Positions 25,584 through 35,069 of a DNA stretch of 64,000 nucleotides are shown here, one piece after another. Source of the DNA: a virus (Duplodnaviria > Caudoviricetes); the IMG/VR virus record IMGVR_UViG_3300028048_000091, positions 32,001-96,000 of that record, one strand, 5' to 3'. Position numbers and translations under genes: made by a program. The notes below the pieces were generated by a model. That model did no database searches, was not told where the DNA came from, and saw only the letters and a program-made list of their open reading frames with translations. Every line of letters begins with the position of its first letter. Position 1 is the first letter of the stretch.

Positions 25584-26958
25584 GTGAACTACCCCCACCT
25601 AAAGGAGGGGGCTTCCCCATTCAACGAAGCGGCTTGCATTAAGGTTTCCCTTAATGTAGAGGTCACTTCTCCAGGGGCGTAAATTCCCGCAGTTCCTGCG
25701 GTATTATATTCATTTTCTAATACAACACTATAAAAATAGTCTCTAAGGTTTAAGGCAGCATTGTAATCACGGTCAATTACGCAACCACAAGTGGGGCATA
25801 CCCATTCCCGGTCAGATAATTGCAGTAAATCGTTCTTACTACCACATTCATGACAGGTCTTACTACTCGGAAACCATTTATCCACGTACATAACACAACT
25901 ATCACGCTCTATGCACTTGTATTCAAGAAAACTACGAAACTCACCAAAACCTAAATCCATAACGGATTTACCAAGGTGCAAAGTACGAGACATATCTTGC
26001 AGGTTTATATCCTCAAGAACAATTACATCATACTTATCCACGTAGTAACGAGATAGTTTATGGCAGTAGTCTAAACGGCAATTAGCAACATGACGGCTTA
26101 ACTTGGATAAACGCTTCCTCGACTTGTAACGATTGGAAGAACCCTTAACCTTACGTGATACCATACGTTGCAGCCTTTTAAGACGTTTCTCGTTCCTCCG
26201 GTAATTCCTAATGTACTTGGCTTTCGTATCATCGGGATTACTATCGGAATCAACGGAGAAATCCGTCAAAGACATGTCAATGCCTACGATTTTCAATTCA
26301 TTGTATTTTTTATGTTTATGCGTATAGCCAACATTTTCATCAGGGATTTCTACGGCAATGGATGCGTAGTATTGCCCATCCCTTGTCTGTTCAATCGTGC
26401 AAGAAGTGATGTTACCCACTAACTCACGATGTAAGACTATATCCACAAACCCCAACTTAGGAAGTTTAAGTTTCCCATTTTCCAACCGGATAGTACCATT
26501 TTGGTTATTCGTTGTATAGGAAAGTTTGCATTTGCTTTTTTTATGCTTTTTGGGGAAGCGTACTTTTTTTCCTTTGCGTTTTCCTTTTTTGCTATCGAAA
26601 TAGTTTTTAAATGCAGTTTTCAGATGTTGCTTTGCGTTGGCGAGTGCAAGTGAGTCTACTTCGTTAAGGAATGTGTATGTATTTTTAAAGTGCGTTACTT
26701 CTTTTAGTTTTGGTTTTAGTCCGTTGTCAAGTTGTGTTTTATAGTCGTTAAGTAGTGAATTGTATATGAGACGTGCACATCCCACCGTCTTATTTATTAA
26801 GATGGCTTGCTGTGTTGTTGGCAGTAGTTTATACTTGTACGCTCGTCTCATTAGTATTGATTATTTATTATAAGTATAGTATACTTATTGTTATAAGTAA
26901 ATAGTAGTTTTGCAATTCATCCCCCACCTGAAGGAAGGGGACTTCTTGCCAAAAAATA
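25584..26958 (-). mobile_element. IS200/IS605-family (IS1341-like, tnpB-only) element 3
   Basis: Related subterminal hairpins at both ends (CCCCCACCT.AAGGA.GGGG), right end ...GGGTAGTTCAC, preceded by TTTAA; interrupts a small ORF starting at 27016. Confidence 0.85.
25589..26851 (-). CDS. tnpB: TnpB RNA-guided endonuclease
   Basis: GIDMS / LEDI / RDYNAALN, Zn finger CHEC..CPTC. Confidence 0.95.
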   Translation of the reverse strand: MRRAYKYKLLPTTQQAILINKTVGCARLIYNSLLNDYKTQLDNGLKPKLKEVTHFKNTYTFLNEVDSLALANAKQHLKTAFKNYFDSKKGKRKGKKVRFPKKHKKSKCKLSYTTNNQNGTIRLENGKLKLPKLGFVDIVLHRELVGNITSCTIEQTRDGQYYASIAVEIPDENVGYTHKHKKYNELKIVGIDMSLTDFSVDSDSNPDDTKAKYIRNYRRNEKRLKRLQRMVSRKVKGSSNRYKSRKRLSKLSRHVANCRLDYCHKLSRYYVDKYDVIVLEDINLQDMSRTLHLGKSVMDLGFGEFRSFLEYKCIERDSCVMYVDKWFPSSKTCHECGSKNDLLQLSDREWVCPTCGCVIDRDYNAALNLRDYFYSVVLENEYNTAGTAGIYAPGEVTSTLRETLMQAASLNGEAPSFRWG

Positions 26959-27020
26959 TTAAATCATCACTTACAGTCTCTTCTATGTACTTTTTAAATT
27001 TCTCTTTGTCTGTCATATGA

Positions 27021-27476
27021 TTATAGTGCTATTATATCCTCTAAATATGCCCACTTTGCTATATCAGTAATGGGAATACGGCCTCTTTTATTCTTATATA
27101 CTTCTGCAACAACTCCTCCGTCAAGTGACTTTTGTTCAACCTTATATCCGGTTGGGTGAGGGTATTGTTCCGTTATAAATACCTTTTCTTCTTTATTATA
27201 AAATGCCAGTTCAAAGTCTAAGTAACCAACATTACCTATTGCACCATAATATATAAGACAGTGACCTCTATGATTATCATCGTCATTAGTGCATGGTTCT
27301 TCACTTGCATCATGCCATACTGAGGTAGTGGGTTCTTCTTTCAGCAACTTTCTGATATACTTCACCTTATCTATAACCGGATAAGTAAGTTCCTTATTAT
27401 AGTCTTGAGTCTGAAGGTTCCAAAAAGAATAGTCAATTGCTTCTAAAAGCATGTTAAGTTTTTCTCTATCAGTCAT
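27021..27476 (-). CDS. Hypothetical phage protein (VWHDASEEP/KWAY.ED)
   Basis: 151-aa ORF. Confidence 0.65.
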   Translation of the reverse strand: MTDREKLNMLLEAIDYSFWNLQTQDYNKELTYPVIDKVKYIRKLLKEEPTTSVWHDASEEPCTNDDDNHRGHCLIYYGAIGNVGYLDFELAFYNKEEKVFITEQYPHPTGYKVEQKSLDGGVVAEVYKNKRGRIPITDIAKWAYLEDIIAL

Positions 27477-28252
27477 TTATTTTTTTTGTAAACAAATAGT
27501 TTTTCTGTCTTAATATTCTGCTTATCACCCTTTTTGGTTGTTCCCATACCATCCTTTTTCTTCTTCTCCCAAATGCATGTGAAATCATCAGGCGCTGTAT
27601 ATTCTGATACAAATACTTGATGCCCTTCATTGGTCATCTTTCTTACCCATTCCCAAAACTTATCATGTGGGAAATCATCCATATATGCCTTTGTCTCAAA
27701 ATATGGGGGGTCTGCATATATAACACTATGCTCCGGGAAAGTAAATTCATCAAATGAACCACATAAAAACTCTGTTGTATCCATATGTTCGAAATTGGCC
27801 AATTGTTTCATCAAGCCATTATATGCCTCATGGCAATGATTTTCCGGTTCTCCATTCTTATTACGTTTATTGTAATTTGGTTTTGCAAAACCATTAAACC
27901 ATGATGAGCCATAACTAAGTGCATTACCAACATATCCTATAATATAGTCAGGCCAACGTCCATCGCCATTAAGATATGACTGCTTAATTGAATTGTATTG
28001 CTCTTCTGTAATTTCATACGGAATGTTGTCAGATGGATAACCAAAAATTACATTCTGTTTCAATTTATACCATAAATCAATTACATACTTGTTACTATCA
28101 ATTGCCCATTTCTTTGCATGTGGTACTTCTGATACAATAGAACACCCACCACAGCACATATCAACAAACAATGTGTTTTCATCCTTTATTGCACCCATAA
28201 GAATAGGTACAATATCATTTGCAAACTTCTTTTTACTTCCGCAATATCTCAT
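27473..28252 (-). CDS. DNA adenine methyltransferase (Dam/D12 class)
   Basis: MRYCGSK, D.CCGG.S, YADPPY, VFVSEY. Confidence 0.9.
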   Translation of the reverse strand: MRYCGSKKKFANDIVPILMGAIKDENTLFVDMCCGGCSIVSEVPHAKKWAIDSNKYVIDLWYKLKQNVIFGYPSDNIPYEITEEQYNSIKQSYLNGDGRWPDYIIGYVGNALSYGSSWFNGFAKPNYNKRNKNGEPENHCHEAYNGLMKQLANFEHMDTTEFLCGSFDEFTFPEHSVIYADPPYFETKAYMDDFPHDKFWEWVRKMTNEGHQVFVSEYTAPDDFTCIWEKKKKDGMGTTKKGDKQNIKTEKLFVYKKNK

Positions 28253-28254
28253 AA

Positions 28255-28614
28255 TTATTTCTTGTTTTTCTTTTTAACAACATTGTAAGGGTGTGACGTT
28301 ATACCTTCAAGAACAGGCACCCAATAAGATTGTATGTTTGGCTCACCAACTTTTAATAATTTAGCATTATCTGGACCATATCCGTAAGGTCGAGGACCGT
28401 ATTTTGCGTTATGCATACGTATATATTCCTCTTCATTGTTAATCGGGACGTTTATTTCCATTTCTTTCCACATCCAAATATAACAGCCAGAAACTGTTCC
28501 ATCTTCTTCTTTAAACAGCATGTCCTTACGTAAAGTGTTCCACGCAGACTTATCTGTCTTAAACTCCTTTATTCGACTGCTTCTGAGGGCATTTGACAAC
28601 TTATACCTTGGCAT
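28255..28614 (-). CDS. Hypothetical protein
   Basis: 119-aa ORF. Confidence 0.6.
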   Translation of the reverse strand: MPRYKLSNALRSSRIKEFKTDKSAWNTLRKDMLFKEEDGTVSGCYIWMWKEMEINVPINNEEEYIRMHNAKYGPRPYGYGPDNAKLLKVGEPNIQSYWVPVLEGITSHPYNVVKKKNKK

Positions 28615-28619
28615 ACTTA

Positions 28620-29096
28620 TTACTCTTCCAAATCCAAAACATGACCACTTACATAGAAATAAGGCATACCGTCATATGATGCGTCATCATACTCCTTGGA
28701 AACTTCCAATGCTACTTTTTCCTTATCTGTTACATTACAGATTTCCAAGTACTTGTTAAACAATTCCTTATTCTCATAGAATACAAGCTGCTCATCATAG
28801 TAGATATCCCAATTGAAAATATTTTTGGTATTTTCCGGTTTAATTGCATCCTTATAAGCCTCAAACATTTCCTTATTGGTATCTTCCAAATAACGGTCAA
28901 ACAACTCTTCCATCTTTCCTTGAACGTCAAAGTCAATTGCCCTGTACTGCTCTTCAAGGTTGTGATAGTAATCATTCTTTGTCTCGGCAAATGCTTCTGC
29001 TTTATCCTTATTGGTAAATGCAGCATAAGGGCTTTCAAAACTATCTTCATACTGTCCGGTGGACTTCATTACAATGTAAATCTTACTTTTTTCCAT
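28620..29096 (-). CDS. Hypothetical protein
   Basis: 158-aa ORF with IYIV...GQYED motif. Confidence 0.6.
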   Translation of the reverse strand: MEKSKIYIVMKSTGQYEDSFESPYAAFTNKDKAEAFAETKNDYYHNLEEQYRAIDFDVQGKMEELFDRYLEDTNKEMFEAYKDAIKPENTKNIFNWDIYYDEQLVFYENKELFNKYLEICNVTDKEKVALEVSKEYDDASYDGMPYFYVSGHVLDLEE

Positions 29097-29325
29097 TGCT
29101 ATTCAAAATTACTATGATTGTGTCATTCTGAGTTTTATTCAAAATCTCCCTTTGTTCCCAAAACGGCTCATTAAAACCATCAAAACCAGTACATTCCTCA
29201 ATTACAATGTAATCTTTGGTATAAGTGACTCTTTTATCACCTTGTGACAACTTTACTGTTGCTATCTCATCACCACAAGATAACAGTAAAAGTGAACTGA
29301 AAATAAATAAAATTAACTTCTTCAT
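29083..29325 (-). CDS. Putative lipoprotein
   Basis: MKKLILFIFSSLLLLSC lipobox. Confidence 0.7.
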   Translation of the reverse strand: MKKLILFIFSSLLLLSCGDEIATVKLSQGDKRVTYTKDYIVIEECTGFDGFNEPFWEQREILNKTQNDTIIVILNSNGKK

Positions 29326-29900
29326 GCGGCCTCCTTATTTTCTTCCCTATTATTATTAATAATGTATGCTATAGCATCTTTCAAGGAATTAACCCTCTTA
29401 TACTTCTTTGAAACATTCCTATTATACGGGGTATCAACAACAATCTTCTTGGATTTATCACGTTTATCCATAATAAATTCAGGATTATCATCTATAAGGT
29501 AATCACCCTTAATCATCCACTTATCTTTGGTGAAGCATATATCATCGTATCTTATACCATGCACATCAAGAAACCTAAGTGTGTGCATTATGTTTTCCAA
29601 ATTGAACTGCCATGTAACGATGACAACTTTGTGGCCATTACTACGTAAAGTATCAATTGCTTCCTTAATTCCTTCAAATGGCTGACTTACATAAAGAAAT
29701 ATATCATCAGCATGCTCTCTGAAAAAATAATCAGTTGGTTTCATGCCGGTTTTCTCCGCAATTGCATGGAAATTGGTATTTATATCATAATCAACTATGT
29801 CATCAGAACATAGATTACCCCCAAATTTCTTATTATAAATCTGGCACATTGCTGTGATAATATCCCGTATCACGCCATCAACATCAATCTTAACTACCAT
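29322..29900 (-). CDS. HAD-family 5'(3')-deoxyribonucleotidase
   Basis: DVDGVI, IVT, K...DYLIDD, PYN. Confidence 0.85.
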   Translation of the reverse strand: MVVKIDVDGVIRDIITAMCQIYNKKFGGNLCSDDIVDYDINTNFHAIAEKTGMKPTDYFFREHADDIFLYVSQPFEGIKEAIDTLRSNGHKVVIVTWQFNLENIMHTLRFLDVHGIRYDDICFTKDKWMIKGDYLIDDNPEFIMDKRDKSKKIVVDTPYNRNVSKKYKRVNSLKDAIAYIINNNREENKEAA

Positions 29901-30108
29901 AGTTTAAACCATTTAATTCTAAATACTGTTTATACATAGAAAGTACAAATTCTTCGTCATTAAACCCTTCTACTAGTCTATTATGTAAACCAAGTAAAAA
30001 TTCCGCTGTTTTTGGGTCTGCTACTGCATACCTCTTCGCAAACTCTAAACGTTCTGCCTTAATAGCAGCATCCTTATATTCAGATAATGTATAAATCATA
30101 TTTTTCAA
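29890..30108 (-). CDS. Hypothetical protein
   Basis: 72-aa ORF overlapping its neighbours. Confidence 0.6.
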   Translation of the reverse strand: MKNMIYTLSEYKDAAIKAERLEFAKRYAVADPKTAEFLLGLHNRLVEGFNDEEFVLSMYKQYLELNGLNYGS

Positions 30109-30380
30109 GGTTTTGAATATAGTTTAGACGGATTGATTTTTGGCATCTCAGTACCATAATCAAGTATTTTGAAAACAATGTTCTTATCGCCCATTTCATC
30201 TTTAGCGGATTTAAGATACTCTTTACATTCTGCCTTATCATCAAAAATCAACACAGCATCTTCACCAACAAGTGTATAAGCATTAGATGATAACTTCTTA
30301 CTAAGTTCAGTCTCATCTGCTTCCTTTACTCGTACCTTCTTACGAATACCAATACAATAATAGTTCTTTTCTTTCTCCAT
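30105..30380 (-). CDS. Hypothetical protein
   Basis: Probable start MEKEKN after the promoter at 30406. Confidence 0.6.
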   Translation of the reverse strand: MEKEKNYYCIGIRKKVRVKEADETELSKKLSSNAYTLVGEDAVLIFDDKAECKEYLKSAKDEMGDKNIVFKILDYGTEMPKINPSKLYSKP

Positions 30381-30405
30381 TACTTTTTTGTTTAGATTTC
30401 TGCTG

Positions 30406-30460
30406 CAAAAGTACAAATAATTTTTATGCTGACAAAATTATTTTAGTTAAATAATGTTAA
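30406..30460 (-). promoter_or_regulatory. Bacteroidota-type promoter
   Basis: TActTTTG 30406-30413, TTTG 30433-30436, TTAAC-N5-TTAAC. Confidence 0.7.
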
Positions 30461-31233
30461 ACGGGTAATTTTTCATATATTTCAGGTAATGAAACCCTTG
30501 TAAATGTTCCCCTAATGTCATTGGGGTCATAATTGAATAATTCATTTATCCTAAACCTATATCCATTACCGTTCTTAACCCATGTTATCTCACCTGTGGC
30601 CTTATCCTTTACATAAATGGCATAATATGTCTTGAAACCTAAATTCTTATAGGCATCCTCATATTTCTTACAGAGATTTATCCTGTCTGACTGTACATCA
30701 CTCCTATTGGATTTAAAGAATGAAATTGGCTTAATCTGAATGGCAGATATTCTACCGTCACCCCTTGTTACCTTGATGTCAACACCATATTCTGCATCAA
30801 TCTTTCCATCAAACTTGGAACATTTATATCCCAAATTGGTTAAAAACTTAATGAAATCCCTCTCATTCTGCTGACCATCCCACGTTTCTACAATGATATG
30901 ACATAAGGCATCATAGAAATATACCGACACATCATAGTTTACTTTAATCTTTTCCTCTACAATCTTCTTGTAACGTTCAGCCAATGAAAACAGTTCATCA
31001 TAACTTAATCCTTTCTTTGAAATAGGTAACTCCGAGTGTAATCTACCGTATTCTATATACTTGTTATAGAAATCCTCACAACTTTCTGGTTTCAATACCC
31101 TATATAAATTAGTACAGTTACCAATCCTATTACTTGGTGCGAAATAATTACGCCAAATGGTACTTATTATACTGTTCTTTCCTAATAATGCCTTAGAATT
31201 AAGGCACTCTTCCTTATTAAATAATAATTGCAT
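30457..31233 (-). CDS. PD-(D/E)xK nuclease, MjaI restriction-endonuclease-like
   Basis: ETWDG...E, D..YGVD, IQIKP.SF. Confidence 0.65.
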   Translation of the reverse strand: MQLLFNKEECLNSKALLGKNSIISTIWRNYFAPSNRIGNCTNLYRVLKPESCEDFYNKYIEYGRLHSELPISKKGLSYDELFSLAERYKKIVEEKIKVNYDVSVYFYDALCHIIVETWDGQQNERDFIKFLTNLGYKCSKFDGKIDAEYGVDIKVTRGDGRISAIQIKPISFFKSNRSDVQSDRINLCKKYEDAYKNLGFKTYYAIYVKDKATGEITWVKNGNGYRFRINELFNYDPNDIRGTFTRVSLPEIYEKLPV

Positions 31234-31271
31234 TTATGATAAATTTACTTTTATATTTTTATGTCACGTTG

Positions 31272-31305
31272 CAAAGATACTATTTTTAAACGGAATAGTG
31301 AAAAT
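31272..31305 (-). promoter_or_regulatory. Bacteroidota-type promoter
   Basis: TAtcTTTG 31272-31279. Confidence 0.65.
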
Positions 31306-31345
31306 TTTTTTGAAGTTTTTAATAAAAATATAGTGTTTTTAGAGA

Positions 31346-31370
31346 TAAACTAATATTAAATATTAGTTTA
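31346..31370. repeat. Perfect 11-bp inverted repeat with TAA loop, upstream of a + strand gene
   Basis: TAAACTAATAT-TAA-ATATTAGTTTA. Confidence 0.85.
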
Positions 31371-31382
31371 ACTGGGAAAATT

Positions 31383-32210
31383 ATGTTAAGAAATAGAATA
31401 TTAATATCAGGTACAAAACAATTACAATTGACTCTGGGAAGTTACTCATATAGTGCAACACCGGCATCAGGCAGTACAACAGTTTATGCATACTATGGAG
31501 GTGTACCAATCACCGATTTAACATCATCAATGGTTTCAAAATCAGGAAATATGTCAAGTGTCTCGGTTAATTCATCAGGAAAAATAACAATGAGTTATGC
31601 TAAAAATACAAGCACAACATCCACGAAAACAGGTACAATGACGCTTACATACCAAGGGCAAACTGTAACATTTACTATAACGCAAGCCAAAGATTACGTA
31701 GCAAGTACAACGTCAAGTACATCTACCGAGGAAGTAAATAGTATTTTTAATACGGGCAGTGTTTCTAGTTGGGCAGTTACAATGACCCAAACATCAAACG
31801 GATATGAAAATAATGCTTTATCCGGTGCTAAATTATATGATGTAAAAGAAACAACTACATATTATAATGTATATGCAAGTGGTAATAAAGTTAAAACAAG
31901 TTCCTCTTCAAAAACAAAAGAGACTGTTACTGCTAATATTCCGGCAGGTTTTTTTACTACTGCCTCAGCACCATCAGGTAGCTACGTTACATTAGTAAGC
32001 ACTAGTAAAACAATCAAAACAAACACTAATAAGGATTTTAGTATATCTGCTAGTGGCAGTAGTACCACTTTTTATTTGGAAATAGTTAAGACTGATGAGA
32101 CATGTACAAAAACGGTAAAACTTGGTGTGTACAATAGTTCATCTTTGCCTACCAGTTTTACTGCCAAAATCCATGCAGATAGTACTATTGGCCATTGTAA
32201 CTTTGGTTAA
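31383..32210 (+). CDS. Ser/Thr-rich beta protein with BACON/Ig-like domain, possible virion decoration/adhesin
   Basis: N.ST..KTGT.TLT.....TITQA is BACON-like; solitary + strand gene. Confidence 0.6.
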   Translation: MLRNRILISGTKQLQLTLGSYSYSATPASGSTTVYAYYGGVPITDLTSSMVSKSGNMSSVSVNSSGKITMSYAKNTSTTSTKTGTMTLTYQGQTVTFTITQAKDYVASTTSSTSTEEVNSIFNTGSVSSWAVTMTQTSNGYENNALSGAKLYDVKETTTYYNVYASGNKVKTSSSSKTKETVTANIPAGFFTTASAPSGSYVTLVSTSKTIKTNTNKDFSISASGSSTTFYLEIVKTDETCTKTVKLGVYNSSSLPTSFTAKIHADSTIGHCNFG

Positions 32211-32223
32211 ATATGGCATATTT

Positions 32224-32254
32224 TAGTTTCTTCTCTCAAAAATTTAGTATATAT
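32224..32254. repeat. 31-bp motif shared with 18725-18755
   Basis: TAGTTTcTTCtctcaAAAaTTTAGTATATAT. Confidence 0.75.
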
Positions 32255-32266
32255 TTTAAAACGATT

Positions 32267-32299
32267 AAATGGTCAAGCGTAGTGAACTTGACCATTTTT
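32267..32299. terminator. Terminator between convergent genes
   Basis: AAATGGTCAAG...CTTGACCATTT. Confidence 0.75.
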
Positions 32300-32304
32300 A
32301 TTAT

Positions 32305-33060
32305 TTATTTTATTTCCCAAACTTTACCTTCAAACACATAATCTTTGCATTCTTGGAGTTTAGTTAAAAGGTTTGTTTTAACATCTCTCTTTGGGTCTTT
32401 TCTCAAAACCCAGAAGTCACTTGTATATTTACGTGCATGTTGTTGCTTCTTTATTTTTGATGCTGATATAAGTCGTGCTTTTGCTTCTAATGAGAACACA
32501 TCATGTATATACAAACCGGCATCAGCAGCACAAACAGCAGAAAACACTGAAAGTAAATGTTGTAAGCCACCTGATACTGAATTCTGCATTTTCCATACCA
32601 ATATTCCATTTGGTTTTAATACACGCTTACATTCATTTATCCACCAATATATATTCTCATATCCCTCTTGCATTGGATACCAACTTGAAAATCTATTTGA
32701 AATAAGATTTGAGCCTTCTTTCTTTTCTACTACTGACTTACAAGTTTTAGGCGAACAAACAAATGGCAAATCACATACAATTGATGATACACTATTATCT
32801 TCAAGTGGTAATTTATTAAATGGCGTAATCTTAATGATTTCATCCCTCATTGGAAATACATCCATCAATATTTTAGGTACAGGTATTTCATACTTATTAC
32901 CTTGACGTTTGCCATAGAATTTTAGTTCAGATGCAGTGATATCACATTCAAATGGCTCTCCATCATTATATAAATCCATTATCCATTTAAGAATTTCTGA
33001 TTGGTCTGTACTGATATTCTTAATAACATTGGAGTTATTCAATTTTTGTTCTTTATCCAT
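32305..33060 (-). CDS. Putative DNA amino-methyltransferase (variant DLPF motif)
   Basis: LPLEDNSVSSIVCDLPF, ECKRVLKPNGILVWK.Q, QQHARK. Confidence 0.7.
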   Translation of the reverse strand: MDKEQKLNNSNVIKNISTDQSEILKWIMDLYNDGEPFECDITASELKFYGKRQGNKYEIPVPKILMDVFPMRDEIIKITPFNKLPLEDNSVSSIVCDLPFVCSPKTCKSVVEKKEGSNLISNRFSSWYPMQEGYENIYWWINECKRVLKPNGILVWKMQNSVSGGLQHLLSVFSAVCAADAGLYIHDVFSLEAKARLISASKIKKQQHARKYTSDFWVLRKDPKRDVKTNLLTKLQECKDYVFEGKVWEIK

Positions 33061-33069
33061 ATTTCTTTT

Positions 33070-33552
33070 TTAAAAAATTGTCGTTTTTGCTTTACAATGA
33101 CTACATGCTTCAGTGAACTGTTCTTCTGTTAATATATGAAAACCAAATATTTCGCAAAACTTCTTTTGTTCCTCGGTTGGGAAACCATAGTAACGTTTTG
33201 CTAATATACCGGATAGATAATTAGTATTAAACATAGAAGAGAATACGATATAATACATCAATGTTTTATCTATCTCAATGTCTTCCTTTTTCCTTTTCTC
33301 TGCCAATTCTTTGAAATTCCTTAAAACCTCTTCTTGTTGTGACTTTGGCTTATTATAATATCCGTTGAAATACAATAATGCCTTATATGCACTTATATCT
33401 GCATTCTTTGTGGCTTTGAAATATTCCAAATTATGATTTATATCCTCATTGGAATATGTGTATGTTATATTGTTCTTCTTATATTCCTCTGATGCATTAC
33501 AGTCCAATTGTGACTTGGCATCCTCAATGTATTCTTCAAATGTCATTTCCAT
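33070..33552 (-). CDS. Hypothetical protein
   Basis: 160-aa ORF. Confidence 0.6.
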   Translation of the reverse strand: MEMTFEEYIEDAKSQLDCNASEEYKKNNITYTYSNEDINHNLEYFKATKNADISAYKALLYFNGYYNKPKSQQEEVLRNFKELAEKRKKEDIEIDKTLMYYIVFSSMFNTNYLSGILAKRYYGFPTEEQKKFCEIFGFHILTEEQFTEACSHCKAKTTIF

Positions 33553-33967
33553 AAAATTGATAATCTTTTTGTTCTGATGGTTTTGGCTCTATAACTATAA
33601 TATCTGTACCACAATTTGGGCAGAAAAGTGTATCACACATACTGTCATCCTTGAGTATTCCGTTTTCATCCACATCGGTTTCATCAACATCGCCCAATAT
33701 TTCAGACCTCATAAAGTTATTGGTTATAATTACATAATGTCCACATTCAGTGCAATGTCCCTCATAGCCGTGATTTTCGTCTGATATAGTACATTCTTTA
33801 TCATTATTATAATAGTGATAATCTTCTCTATCCTCAATACTTGGTATATTAACTTCGTATTGTATTCCACAATAAGGGCATTGATAGAGTTTTATGCAAT
33901 CATCTTCCTCATATCTTTCATCTGTGACAAGTTCAAGTTCGTGGTCACATCTAATACATTTTACCAT
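33536..33967 (-). CDS. Double zinc-ribbon protein
   Basis: Four CxxC motifs. Confidence 0.65.
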   Translation of the reverse strand: MVKCIRCDHELELVTDERYEEDDCIKLYQCPYCGIQYEVNIPSIEDREDYHYYNNDKECTISDENHGYEGHCTECGHYVIITNNFMRSEILGDVDETDVDENGILKDDSMCDTLFCPNCGTDIIVIEPKPSEQKDYQFYGNDI

Positions 33968-33978
33968 AGTTCTATATA

Positions 33979-35031
33979 TTAATTTAAAAAGAAGTTATAC
34001 TCCGGTTTATTATATACTTGGAAGCCCTTTAAGAAGTCTCTAATGCCAAGTATTTTCTTACCTTTTATTTGTATTGTATTAACTGAAACAACCTCATCCC
34101 CTGAAGCATATGATGGAAGTATATACAGATATTTTTTCCAATCAGTTATGATATCAGAACCGTTATAGTGTTCTTCAATCCATTTATTATCCTTATGAAC
34201 AAGGTCTGCATCATATACCTTAAAGGTTATTTCTTTCACATCATCAAAATGCCCCTCATATTCCTCATTTTCATCCTTGACCCATTTACGTATGGTAAGA
34301 TTGAATGTTGTTCCAAAATGCGGTGAGAGAGAACGTATCATATCATACAATTCCTTTGATGTATACATGTCATCACCATACATATGAAATGTTGTATTTT
34401 CCAATGTCAATTTGGGCGCATGAAAAATCTTGCTATCTAACTTCTTGGGAATTATTGGCTGTTCAACATTTGCATAGAATTTATCATTTAAGATACTTTC
34501 TATAATACCTTCAGCCATTATTGGTGTTTGTGATGCCAAACGTTTGAATAGCGTTTCATAATTATCATTTGGATTAATATTTATTCCATATTGACAAATT
34601 ATACCGCCGGTATCTATTTTATCGGCTAACTTGATAGCAGACAGCCCGGTTCTATTGAAACCATATCTTATTGCCCAACTAATAGGTGCTGCACCTCTAA
34701 GCAACGGTAATAGTGATGCATGTATATTAAATGCATATTTAACCTTTTCTGTAACACACTTAGGTAAGTACTTATATGAAATAACACAATATACATTACC
34801 ACTTATATCATCAAGCCAATTAAGAAACTCCTTATCTTCAAGGCTATTTGGAATATATACGGGGATGTTACGCTGTTTGGCAATGTCATATACACGTTCA
34901 GTACCAAATACAGGTTTGTCATTGGACGTTACAAATCCGACGACATTGTAATAGTTTGCTAAAAACTTAAATGTTTCAATTGGAAAATCCCCACTTCCGA
35001 AACATACTATTCTTAATTCGTTTAACTCCAT
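33979..35031 (-). CDS. fmt: Methionyl-tRNA formyltransferase-like
   Basis: FGS.DF, VT..DKP, FNIHASLLP.LRGAAPI.WAI, IDTG, APKL. Confidence 0.85.
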   Translation of the reverse strand: MELNELRIVCFGSGDFPIETFKFLANYYNVVGFVTSNDKPVFGTERVYDIAKQRNIPVYIPNSLEDKEFLNWLDDISGNVYCVISYKYLPKCVTEKVKYAFNIHASLLPLLRGAAPISWAIRYGFNRTGLSAIKLADKIDTGGIICQYGININPNDNYETLFKRLASQTPIMAEGIIESILNDKFYANVEQPIIPKKLDSKIFHAPKLTLENTTFHMYGDDMYTSKELYDMIRSLSPHFGTTFNLTIRKWVKDENEEYEGHFDDVKEITFKVYDADLVHKDNKWIEEHYNGSDIITDWKKYLYILPSYASGDEVVSVNTIQIKGKKILGIRDFLKGFQVYNKPEYNFFLN

Positions 35032-35069
35032 ATTTGTATTGTTTTCACTGTTATTGAAAATGGTACAAC

